Of a stretch of DNA of 64,000 nucleotides, positions 25,005-36,198 are shown one piece after another; positions within the stretch are counted from its first letter, which is position 1; each line of letters begins with the position of its first letter. Under the pieces are notes generated by a model that did no database searches, had not been told where the DNA came from, and saw only the letters and a list, made by a program, of their open reading frames with translations. A program made the translations under genes and the position numbers. Origin of the DNA: Dudresnaya verticillata (Eukaryota); the NCBI GenBank assembly GCA_977862235.1, contig OZ374557.1, positions 2,790,001-2,854,000 on the forward strand. Reading direction: 5' to 3'.

Positions 25005-25949
25005 AAATGATTTTTCTGTCCAACATGTAAGTGCTCGTTAAAATAGTTCATGATAAAGAGTGCAGCGGATGGAGTATGGACTCTGGTAGGGATAGCATCC
25101 GCATGCGGATGCATTCGTAGTGAGAACTAAACCGCTGTGGTGGACTTGCAAGTCCAAAGATAAACTTTGCATTTCAAGAAAGAGCTGCAGTGCAGCATTG
25201 GTAGCTTTCTAAAAAGAGCTCCTTGCGATTACAAATTCGAGATGATACGCGTCCGCACCATTGAAAGCTCACGATGGGACCGTCTATCTCGAGATGTGGC
25301 ATGTATTCACTGTTTGGAAACGATAATGTTAAATCCCAATTGTCACCACAGGTGGCAACGCCATACATACTTCGATCTAGGCGACGCGGCAGCAGATGGA
25401 GGTTCCTTTCCTGGTGGGCTTCAGGTGTCATGTGAGTTGCTTGTCACAAGAATATGTTGAGCAGGCGTGTTGATGAGGAGGTTGAACCTCCTTCGTTTGG
25501 AAACCCTCACACTGAGCCCCAAGACGACATGAGCATCAAGGTTCTTTCAATCGAACACCGCAAGTTGACGTTACCCGTTCGTGACGTATAGACTCATTTC
25601 ACGCCTTATGCTGTGCACGAAAGCACTGGCGCAATGCCTCAATCTCCTTTTATTACTAGTGAAGACAATCGCATCCATTCTGCGATACCCCGAGTAGCTA
25701 CTCGCTAGCACGCTACCGTTCTCATGTGGCCAGCCGAAATTTCATACTGTACCAATGCAGAAGAGAGACCAGTGGTTCTGTTTCGCTTACTTCGTTTGCA
25801 TGCTGCAGGCATTGAAGGTGTTCATCTCACGACTGCTATTCTAAAAGTAATCCGATTTACCCAGCAACGATGCTGCCTCATGACGCAGCGTGCACGCTCT
25901 GTTCCATAGCGTTACATGCTTTCACTCTAACTCTTTCCCATTTCTGCAC

Positions 25950-28900
25950 CCAGAATATTGACACCCCTTTGACGCTTGTTTCGGCTTCACCTCCGTCTCA
26001 CTCGGGGCTAGTTGCTTTCCATGTCATTTGCTCCTGGTCCCCCGCCTCTACAGAAGTACTAATTTCCGGATCGTCTCCTCTCTTTCGCATCTCTAGGGCT
26101 TCCCTGATCTTTCGCTGCACCGTGACGGGTATTCCAGAGTTGGTTAAACGCGCGAACTCCACTAAAACCGAATTCCCCGGGACCGTATCGCTCCACGGTT
26201 TGACATGTCCATTTGCATCGGTTATTCTCGCCTTCCGATAACGCCCGGTGAAAGTATTCCCTCGAGTACTCCTTCTCTCGTACCACTCTACTTACAAATT
26301 GATAACCTTGCCCCCCGTCCGTCTCCCAATTCATCACCTGCCCAAGCCAGAACGGGGATCCTTCGGTACAGTCGTCGCCTAGTACGGCTACAAAGCCGTT
26401 CTTTGTGTAAGTGAGGTCCTGCTCCACTACATTCTCAGGGTCTGACCCGATTCCGTGGGTACGCTAGGGCCGCTCCCATCCGGTTTGTAAGCCCCTTCCA
26501 ACTCAAACACATCCGCCAATGCCCAGTGGAATGGGTCTTCACCGTCCTCGTAAACTCTATCACGAAGTGCCAACAGCTTCTGTAGCTTAAGGTGATTGTT
26601 GATTCTGGTCTCGGCGGATCGTAGACGCTTGGTTACTTCGTGTTCATCTGGCGGTGCTCGACAGGGAGTCGGTGGAGTCCGGTGCAGGTTGGGGGAAATA
26701 ACAAAAACCCCCCTGGCCATCTCGCGTATGTAACGGTTTCCAAGAGTCTTTGCAGCCCCTCTTCACTTCGCAGAGAGTCTTGAACGTACCGGCGTCTGTG
26801 TCCTTAGCTTCTTCGGCACTGAGCCTAAAGTACCGATATTCTGAAATGGGATCGGTACGCCCGAGGTATCTGGTCTCTTTGCACAACCCGGAGAAATTAA
26901 TAATGTGCAACATCTCCGTGACACGCGGTTGAGGAGTGTATGATTGCCGTAGTTCGTGCATGAGGTCATCCATGATAATGGCGTCTCGAACGCGTAATCT
27001 CTTCGAAGTGCAGCTGAAAACTTGATCGATATCGGCATGCGTGTGACCGATGGGGAGAAACGACGCATGCACTTCCGGAAATACACCCATAGCAACGAGA
27101 TACGCCAAGTAGCCGAACATAAACCTGTTCTTATTCTCCCTAGTACAGTTGTTGACCTGGAGGAACAACGTACCCTTCAGTGGCATCCTGTTTCTGCGTG
27201 CCATCAATACGCGATGCAAAGCTTCGATGACATAGTTTGCGCCTGTTCCGAACTCGACAGTCATCGTGAAAAGGTTTAGATGTGGGACTTGGCCATGCTC
27301 TAAAACGCCGATTACTTTGGCCATCATTCCGTGTCCGCGTGTTTCCTTCACCTTGATGTGGAAGTGTGGCAGTCCAAATGCGGACTGGTCAGCACCGTCG
27401 ATGATGAGTGAGCAATAGTTGTTCGGATACATCGAAGCCGTCTCACACTTCCTCCGATATTCTGTTCGCTCCTGCATGACCATTCTCACGTGCCTTGCCC
27501 GCTGCTCGCGAAGCGCTTCGGTTCCCGCTAGATCCGTTGCCGCTTTTGCGAGAAGATCTTTGATCTCCTCACACTCGGAGCATTTTGCAAACCGGTGAGT
27601 TCGCCTGACCTTAATTTGCGGACAGCTGCGGAGCCAGATACTATAAAAGTAGCTCTGTGATGGTGTTGCTCTGTTAGGGTACAGAGTGCGGTGCTCAGTC
27701 ACAAACGTGTTATAGACTGCGAGCTTCTCATAGAAGGGGAGGTGGATTTCAGCCTTGTCTGGTTGCGAATCACCATACACTTCTGCGAGGCGCTCCAAGA
27801 ACGACGTTATCACCTCCATCTGTTCCGTAGAAGTACCACCAACTATCAGCCCCCTCCCTTTCCTTTCGCGGCTCTTGTTTGTTCCTTTCACTGCCGACTG
27901 CAGGTCTCTAGAGAAACCGAAAGCCTTGTCCAGAAATGAGTAACAAACCGGCCGTCCGCTGAAGAAGTACATGTTGGAGTTGGGTTCCAGTAGTCCCGTG
28001 AGGTATCGCTTCCTTTCCGCGCGGTTCTTGTCCATCATTTTGCGTGACTCAACCCTGATGTAGACTGACTCGATGGTTCCGAAGCATTGTTTCGTTTGGC
28101 AGCAGAAAATGTTGAGATATCCTGCATCTCCATCACCTCCACTACCTTTCTCCTCTTCGCAGCCATCAAATGCCCCGATGGGGTTCCTTTCGGACGAGCA
28201 TCATGTCTATAATTCCTCTTCCGGCTCGTCCTAGCACTAGCCTGGCCGTCTCCACGCCCTTCTTTGCCATCTCCTCCCCCTCGGAGGGGTGCCATTCCGG
28301 CGTGTCGGAATCAGAATCCTCCCCATCGTCTGCAGTCCCGACGTCAGGATGCTCTTCTTCAGAAGCGTGATCACGACCTCCCGCACATTCTTCTGCTGTA
28401 TTTTCGACGGGAGTATTGTCTTCTTGTACGCCGTTCCCGGAATCTCCCTTCTCCCGTTCAGCTTCGGCTGGTTTTGGAGCCGCGTCATTTCTTCCCAGTT
28501 TTGATAACCCAGCTTCCGTGTTTTCTTTGCCCTCTAATTGGTACGACCGCGGGCACATACAGGCGGGACGCTCCGGGGTATAAACCAACGCGGTCTGAGC
28601 AACTGCAGCAGCAGGGGGTGTAGAAGGCTCACCTACTATAGCAGCCGGGGGTGTAGACGGAACACGTGGTGTTGCTGACGGTGTAGTAGTGCGGTCATGA
28701 CCTTCTTGATGTGGCTGAGCGCTGGGATCAGACTGACCGGTACGGGTGATTTTTTTCGTCACTGTCCGCTTATGAGCAAGTCCCTGACCCCCCTACGGCC
28801 TGACCGCCTAGTTGACGTCCTGGCACGAACAGTGTGCCTCCCACTCGGTTGCTCCATTTCTATCCGAGGGCAAGCTTCCCCGGTCGCCACGCCGGCTTCT

Positions 28901-29439
28901 CCAGCACCGCTTGTAGGTTGCGGCTTCACAGTGCGGACTTGCTCCCTGTCCCATACATGAATACCCACATTTAGACCAGTTAGAGTGGTGGGGGGAGACT
29001 CTATACTGGGATACTTATACATGTACCTCTTGTCCCCATGTCCATTCCGAATACGGACATTATAGATGACTGTCCATGTCTCCTTCCTCCGCTGCACCTC
29101 TCTTAACCACGTTCCATGCATCTTAACTTTGAATGAACCTGTACTGTCTGCCTCTTCCGGAGACGCCGGAGTCATTGGATCAGCCGTACCCACCTCCTCT
29201 CCGTTCAGCAGCAGCACTACTTTCTTCGACGCTGACATGATTTGCGTGCCAGGGCTGGTTACTGCGGGCGCGCTTCCGCCCCCCTGTTTGCGAATTGGTT
29301 CTTCCGCGGCCGTCTCCGCCGTCGTCTTACCGATAGTCTTGGCCGAGGAATTGTTCCCTCCCATCACGGAGACGGCATGTCTGTCGGCAGTGACCGGCCT
29401 TTGACGCAAAGCAGTGCGACGTTCTCTTGTGCGAGGCAT
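25950..29439 (-). pseudogene. Sola1-like DDD transposase, frameshifted; core at 26644-28038
   Basis: CC..KQC, VCYSFLDKAFGFS, FAKCSEC, IIDGADQ, LQV(N)NCTRENKN and FLPIGHTHADIDQVFS; consecutive overlapping ORFs 28759-29517, 28166-28762, 28035-28295, 26644-28038, 26427-26720 and 26059-26427. Confidence 0.82.
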
Positions 29440-30351
29440 TTTGTACCACGATAGCAGTAAGGGCCTCGTCTCGCTGGTATCAGTGCCGTCAATAGCGCTT
29501 TTGAGTACGCGTCGCACGAGCGTGAGAAAAGAAGGGGTGGGAGGTCAAAAGCGGCCTTTGGAGGCGGTCAGCGCAGCGCGGTGGAACAAGAATATCGGGA
29601 AGAGAACGCAGTGGGCGCCGGAGTGGTGTCACATGCTGAAACCTCGCCAGATAACCTCCTATGCTGTTCTGTGTGCATATGCGAAACGGAATCACCAGTG
29701 AGTGAGCAACGGTCTACCTATCGTTAGTCGTCTGACCCACTCAAAGGAGGCGTTTCTTCGTCCCCTAATTACAATATTGTCTGGTCCCCCGGTATGCTTT
29801 CGGAACATGTGTGGGCTGCAGGCAGTCGGTCACCGATTTGTGGCAAGTATTCTGCTTGTGAAGTGGAATCAGAACGACTGGTGATATTATGCGCTGTCCA
29901 TGTGAACCGTGCACGGTTCACCACGATCCGGACCTTGTACTAGTATTACCGGTGTATTGTAATACATAGCTATAGCGAAAGAATCATCTGAGTGCCGGGT
30001 TCCATACCCTTGAATTGGAATCACAGTGATGAGTGACTCGGGATCCCTGCACCACCCGCACTTCCGGGTGGGAGTCTCAGAATCAGCAGCGAATGGGAGA
30101 GCTCTATTATTGTCCAACAATACCCTGGGGCACCTGAGTTCTGACTTGTAGACCAGGAGACCTTGAGCGCTTGCATCACTCACGTTCACTGAAGTGCTAC
30201 ACAATACATAACCAGAATGCTGTACATGACAGGCTCGAAGTCTTCGCATCGCGAGCAAAGCTGACTGCGTGATCGGGGGTGCATTTGGGACTCCTCTACT
30301 ACAGCTTGCCTAACGTTTATTACAAGCGCGGGACTAGAGGCTGTTTCTGTT

Positions 30352-32562
30352 TCATTTCTGTGCTGCTGTATTCATATTCGCCAGTTCCGTGTCCCCTGCG
30401 CTAGGTACATCCACCATCGCGTCCATGCGAATGATCTTAGAAGCCAGCCTGCGCCCAGCCGCATCTTCCTCCTCTGAGAACGCCCCAGCGAACCGCCGCT
30501 TGTCCTCGGGTCGCACCGGGAACGGCCAGAATACGGGTGTGTATGTCATCCGTGATTCCTTATGCACCATGCCCGCATTGCAAGCATGTAGCTCGCCTTG
30601 CGGTGATATGCAAAACCGGCCGTCTAACCTGTCCATGGCCGCTGTTCCAATGCGTTGGGGTCGATAATGATCTCTCCGTGTGGAGTCAGCACCACCTTCT
30701 TCCCGACATGAGTGTACCCCACGTTTGGTAACTTGGCAAGCATGTCTGGATCCACAACTATGCGCCAGTGCAGAGGTACCACTTCTTTTTACACTCCTGC
30801 AAAGTCGTGATTCCCGACTCGAGGTGATCCAAACGTGGACACGAAAATTTCACGTCGGCTCACATCCAACTTCACCCATGGATCCAGGCTGCAGATTGTT
30901 GCGAGTGCACCTCCTAGACCGTATCCGGTCAAGAAGATAGGTCTTTATCTTCTTGCTCTTAATTGCCGCACCACTTCCCTCACTTCATCTGCAACACTCT
31001 TATAGGCAATCGCAAATCCCTTGTGAATCTTACCGTGTAGATATCTTCTGCCGAATAATCGCTTCAATCGAGTCTTCTCATCTTCACCATAGACACTTGA
31101 GTTCACGACATTACGAATATATTCATGGCTCATCCGTAATGATGTCTTCCAGTTTCGCATTGACGTTGTTCCCTTTAACGTCACAATGACCCTGTCACTG
31201 CAATCAACAACAAGTGCTTGAGTATCTGTTGCCTCGCTTCTCACAGCAGCAACGATATCATACTCAAATGGCAACGGGTTTTCTCTAGGAATGAAGCCGT
31301 CAAACTTTGCAGTCCCATAATAATAGACATACCCATGCAAAGGTGAACATAATGACGTGCGTCTGCATCGTGAACCAGTTTGCTTTCAGCTCAAGACTGT
31401 CCTTCGACTCTCTCTTTCTGTACGTAATCGGTTCAACGATTTGTTGTTCCAATTCATCATCATTGTCAACAACAGAGCGGGGGGTTTCTTCATCATTGGC
31501 CCATGTGACGTCTTTTCAGGCAACGGGTACTTGAGGCCGTTCATCGAAGCTTGCTGACTCGATGATGAGTCTGAACTGCTGAATGACCATCGAGACCCAG
31601 ATTCGCCCAGTTCTACGCTTCTGAAAAAAAGCTTTCACACCCCCGGTACAATTATGGGGAAGATTAACATAAGTAGTCACAATGACATAACCCAGCACCA
31701 AAAGCCCCGGGCCGTGCGTATAAATCCATGTCACATCTGCCCTCACCATGTTGAAGCCAATAACCAGAAGAATGATACTTTCACCTTTCGGTCTGCTAAA
31801 CAGCAGACGAGTGTTCAGACCAATAAACAAAGGGTAGAAAACAAATTTGGTATACAAGAAAAACCTGTATCCAACCCGTTTGCACCAATGCTTCATGTAT
31901 GGTGCCTTCTCCAACAAATTGGTTGTCTTCCATGCCTCATACCCAATAATTGCGATGAACAGCAATTCAATGACTGAAAACGGGATACAGAGGAGGAGCT
32001 CTACCTTCAAATGGCTCCACACGTGATACGCGTTGAAGTAGAACGAGAAAGCAGCAGCTGAGAGCATAGACACTTCAGACAGGGTCATGTCCAACACGTA
32101 CACAATCATAACCTTGGATACAACGTACGGGATAAGCACGAGCAACTTTGGGATATAGAAGCCCCAGACCAATCGCTTAGTGGCCTCCAGAATGCGGTAA
32201 GAGTGCAGTCTTGCCCAAAGGTAGAAGTAAGAGAATCCCGCAAAGGCCACATCACGCAGCACATCATTGGCCACATCCCAGTTGTTATAACAATCCGGGA
32301 AGGTACTGTAATCCAATGTGCTTTCGCCACCATTTGTTTCTATGAGACGGTTGATGGCATGAAGAGGGTTGAAGTAGAGGAATGCCATGAGAGCGAGGAA
32401 GAAGACCCAAACCTGCTCATGCGTAATATTTCTGCGCCCTTGTCTCAACAGCCGTATTCCATAGAGGATAGTGAGCGTTAAGAAGAACATACCCGTGAGC
32501 AATGTCATTCCGTGAGAGAAATTTTGATAACTCGCAGAGGGCAGGGCGAAAGATATGTTCAA
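30352..32562 (-). pseudogene. class-3 lipase with N-terminal multi-pass membrane domain
   Basis: VIVTLKGTTSMRNW, IHKGFAIAY, FLTGYGLGGALA (degenerate GHSLGG), TFGSPRVGN; internal stops and frameshifts. Confidence 0.85.
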
Positions 32563-32799
32563 ACTGTACGCATAGACAAACTTGCCCGGGGGGAACGGTG
32601 GTCGTTCCGGAACTCCTTCACCGCCACCACCTTCACCAATGATTGTCTAACGCAGAATTTTGAATCCGCCGTGGCAAACAGCGACTCCCCAGGTGAAACC
32701 AAGGCCCTTGGAGACGCGTTCATCGTCGCAACGGGTCTGCCGGTTGATGCCGACGGCCTAGGGTCGCTTCAAGGCTGTATGTAGGAGCTTTTGCTCTGG

Positions 32800-33779
32800 G
32801 TCAAGAAGGAGTGCTCTATGGACAATGATCTTGTGGACAAGATTGGCAAACGGCTCTGCTCAGGCGTCTCCAGCGGTAATTTCAGACTGCGTTGCATGGT
32901 TTTGATTTACAACAGAGTTACTCTGTCAACGAAGAGCACGTGCAAAAGCGGTGCTCGCTCCTTGCAGCTACAATTTCCTTAGCAGTCAGTGTTGGGCTAA
33001 TGCCGAAGACTGTCGACACCATTCTGCCGAAAATCGATACTTTCTCACGCCAGTTGCAGGTTGGTGTCCCAGAGAAGCGCAAATATGTATCGGGTGTGAT
33101 ATGAGGCTCTCAAGTTGGCAGACATGGCTAGGGACGCATTTTCTTTCAACATTAAGCAGCTTGGTTTGTATTGCAGTGATACGGATGAAGAGTATGGGCC
33201 CGTTGAAGATGCTGATGTAGATGTAATTGTCCAGGCTGTTCTACTCCCGAAGTTGTATCGATTTGACACCTTGCTTGAACTAGATTCAGTTAAGCGATTC
33301 GGAGCGCAGGACGGCGAACAAAGCTATTTTTCGAGCTCATGATCATCTTTGTCCGCGACGATCTTGCTGTTTTCACGGAGTTCAGAAGCAGGAATGATGC
33401 TCTTCTTGCAAAGTACGAGATTGACGTGGTGATTGCGGAAAACAAGATGAGCCTGCTCACATTTGCTTCACTTGGAATAGACTGTCAGGATCTCGCATAC
33501 AGTATGACTGCGACTGCTCTGCAAATTTCCGAGGGCGAGGTCGAGGATTGGGTTAGCCGTGCGATCAGCTCAGGTCTGGTGGATGCGATGATTAAGCAGC
33601 TGAATTCGTCGGTCGCGATTTATCGATCAACGCAGCGTATGTTTACGCGAGAAGAGTGGCAGACGCTGCCTGAGCGCACCAACATTTGGAAGACTAATAT
33701 CGGAGATCTACTTGCACAGCTGAGGGACACCCGACCAGCATCCGCTGTAGCGGGTTTTGGCAGGAACGAAGGGTTGTAA
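32800..33779 (+). pseudogene. eIF3m: eIF3 subunit M-like PCI-domain protein
   Basis: KMSLLTFASL...EVEDWVSRAISSGLVDAMIKQLNSSV.IYRSTQRMFTREEWQTL; upstream part broken into several frames. Confidence 0.8.
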
Positions 33780-33882
33780 ATTCGGTAGTTTATGTGCCGG
33801 CAAGACGTTCTGAGCATATGTGCATCACCTCACTTATTGTTCTAGCGGCTGCGATTACGCTGCATTGACCGCGAGAAGTTTG

Positions 33883-34659
33883 CTATTCTGAGTAGTGCTT
33901 ACCGCATGTACCCATGCAATGTACAGCTCTTGAAGCTTGCAAGGTATCGAGTGCATTTATACCCTCCTTCAGCATCTTGTCCCACCAAGGCCAGGAAAAA
34001 CCCTCAACAATGTGGTAGAACCAAGGCGTAAGACGAAGAGTCGAGGAGATCTGCGCCTCCTTGAAAAGCCCATTCAATTCTTCTCGAGTGACATAGCGTA
34101 CTGCTCGTACGTCGTTTGGTTCAGAAGCAATATCACTATAGCGCTACGTCCTTCACGCCCATGAACACGTAATCACTCTCATGCTCACCCCACACCCCTC
34201 CGTCATTTTCACCACGGTAATGAATGCGAGTCATGTAGTGCAGCTCGTCCATACCGACCTCTCCCCCTTTGTCACCGAGCTAGCTCATGAGACAGCTTCC
34301 GAATGGCAGCACGCATGACCCCTGCAAGCGCATCTCCACTGTCCTGCCGACCAAGCTCAGCAGGCGTGTGGAGCGGATGAGCGCATACGGTTTTCGTCCA
34401 GAACGACAGGAAGGTGATTTTCTTCGCTGCACGTTATTGGAGAAGCATGCACCCCTTGGTATCGAACAAAAACACGGAGAACGCACGATGCAGCGGCAGG
34501 TTGTTTGAAACCATGGTGTGTGTGCACCTGCAGGTGGGACTCCTTCTTCGACATGCTACCAACAACTCTGTCCTGTAGATCAGCGAGGACGACCACCTCT
34601 GACATTAGCCGAACTTGCTCTGGGTCCGACCCTGTCAACGCGTGCACAAACCCCGTCAT
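33883..34659 (-). pseudogene. IDI1: isopentenyl-diphosphate delta-isomerase type I
   Basis: EQVRLMSEVVVLADLQDRVVGSMSKKESHL, LHRAFSVFLFD...LLQ*RA.KKITF..FWT..VC.HPL, GEHESDYVF, and LTPWF...WWD. Confidence 0.88.
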
Positions 34660-34914
34660 GCTTCCTGCAAATCGTCGGCTTGTTCAGGAAGGATTCAGTT
34701 GATGATTGAAGTGGTTACAGCGATCGCTCGAAGCAGCGTCATGCGAGAGTCATGCGTCGCCTATTACTGTTGCATTGGCGAAGCTAACGCGCGAACGAGT
34801 GGATGTCGACCTCAGTCAATGTGCGAGGCTGTCTTGTAGGACTTGCAGTCCTGAAATAGGTGGTTACTGTTGCTTTGACGTGCACTACATCAACTACATC
34901 AGCCCTGCAGGTAA

Positions 34915-35322
34915 TTGCGTAACTTCATAACACAAAACCTGAGAGTTACATCTCTATCGGGATCATTTTCAGGGCCGCTACCAACATGGAGTGACATGCG
35001 TCTGAACGAAAGGAAGCTGGCCGAGGCCGGAGGTCGACGATACACAGCCAGAATGCTACCGACCGACCCAGCCCCGCTGGCGTTGGTTGAAGAGGTCCGC
35101 GCCCTGCGCGCTGAGGTGGACGAGGCTCGCGCGTTGGCTGCGGAGGAGCTGGACACAACTGTCTGGCTCCGGGTCCAGATGATGGGGTGGGCTCGCGACA
35201 TGATTGAGAGGGCTGGCCTGGTTGGAGAGGGGGTGATGCGAGGGGCTGTAGTGGTGATGGCTCTTTTAGGGTGGGAAGTGCCGGAGGAGTGGACGGTGGA
35301 GGACCCTGGTTCAGATGTGTAA
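34915..35322 (+). CDS. small hypothetical coiled-coil protein next to the right terminal repeat
   Basis: LVEEVRALRAEVDEAR resembles the ORFs at 19651 and 20000. Confidence 0.4.
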   Translation: MRNFITQNLRVTSLSGSFSGPLPTWSDMRLNERKLAEAGGRRYTARMLPTDPAPLALVEEVRALRAEVDEARALAAEELDTTVWLRVQMMGWARDMIERAGLVGEGVMRGAVVVMALLGWEVPEEWTVEDPGSDV

Positions 35323-35355
35323 GTAGCAAGAACAGTAAAGGGGTTAGTTGAGAAT

Positions 35356-35905
35356 CGGGATCCACGGTGTGCACGAGGGTGGCCAACCGCGGCAGTAGAT
35401 TTTGCCCAAGGAGTTGTGCGTCGCGGGGCGGGGCGGGGGGGGGGCGGGTGACAAGGCAGTCTGTATGCGGTCGCGTGCGGATTTGTGCACAGACGCGCAC
35501 AGCACAGTGCACCCGTTGCACCAGAAAGCCGAAAAATGGTGACGGGGTAGTCTGCAGGCGGCACCAAGCACGCGCGGGGCGGGCCAGATGGGCGATGTGG
35601 CGCGTATGCAGCGCGCGCGGCGAGGGGCATGCTGCGGGCCGGCAATTTCCAATTTGGCCCAGTGCGGACCGCGGAGTGGGCCGCCCAGGCCAAATCGACG
35701 CAAGGAAATTGAAATTCAGAATACCTGGAAATATTTTGGGTAAAATCACGCAAACCGCCATAACTTTCGAAGGAATGGTCCGTTAGCCAATCGGATTTGA
35801 CCACCATACTCAGGGGACGCTCCCCGTTCCAACAATACCAGAAAATAGCTATTCGACTCCAGTCTGTTTCGAAAGTCGTATTCTGAAATCGCTCAAATGC
35901 GTGTT
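35356..35905 (-). repeat. right terminal inverted repeat (~550 bp)
   Basis: Reverse complement of 12309-12855. Confidence 0.95.
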
Positions 35906-36198
35906 ACTCGTAGGGCGTCTCCTTTCCAACCCCGTCGCCTTGCGTCTTCTCGTTCGGGTGACTTCGAGGAGTCGGTTGGGAAACGTTCCCATTACCAGTA
36001 GGTATTCTGATTAGATGAGCCTCAAGGGTGACCTGAAGAGTGTCCTGTAAAACATCTTATGTCTTGTGTTGTATCTCCCTATATGGCTGTCCTTTGTCTT
36101 GGTTTCTTTGAGAGTACAGTATACTGTAGGCAAGTAGCGTAGAATGAATAGAAAAAGTGAAGAGGGGGAAAGACCTAGTGCCGATTCATTTGACTCCA

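Larger units (their letters stand above)
12309..35905. mobile_element. giant (23.6 kb) Sola1-like terminal-inverted-repeat DNA transposon with methyltransferase and captured genes
   Basis: Termini AACACGCATTTGAGC...GCTCAAATGCGTGTT; ACTC at 12305-12308 and 35906-35909; the empty site (GGAGACTCGTCGGGCG) is present on the minus strand at ~57312-57327; internal DDD transposase. Confidence 0.93.

Noticed and set aside
34899..35807. ORFs of 302, 271 and 139 aa matching ORFs at 12428-13145
   Set aside because: They are translations of the GC-rich terminal inverted repeats, not duplicated genes.
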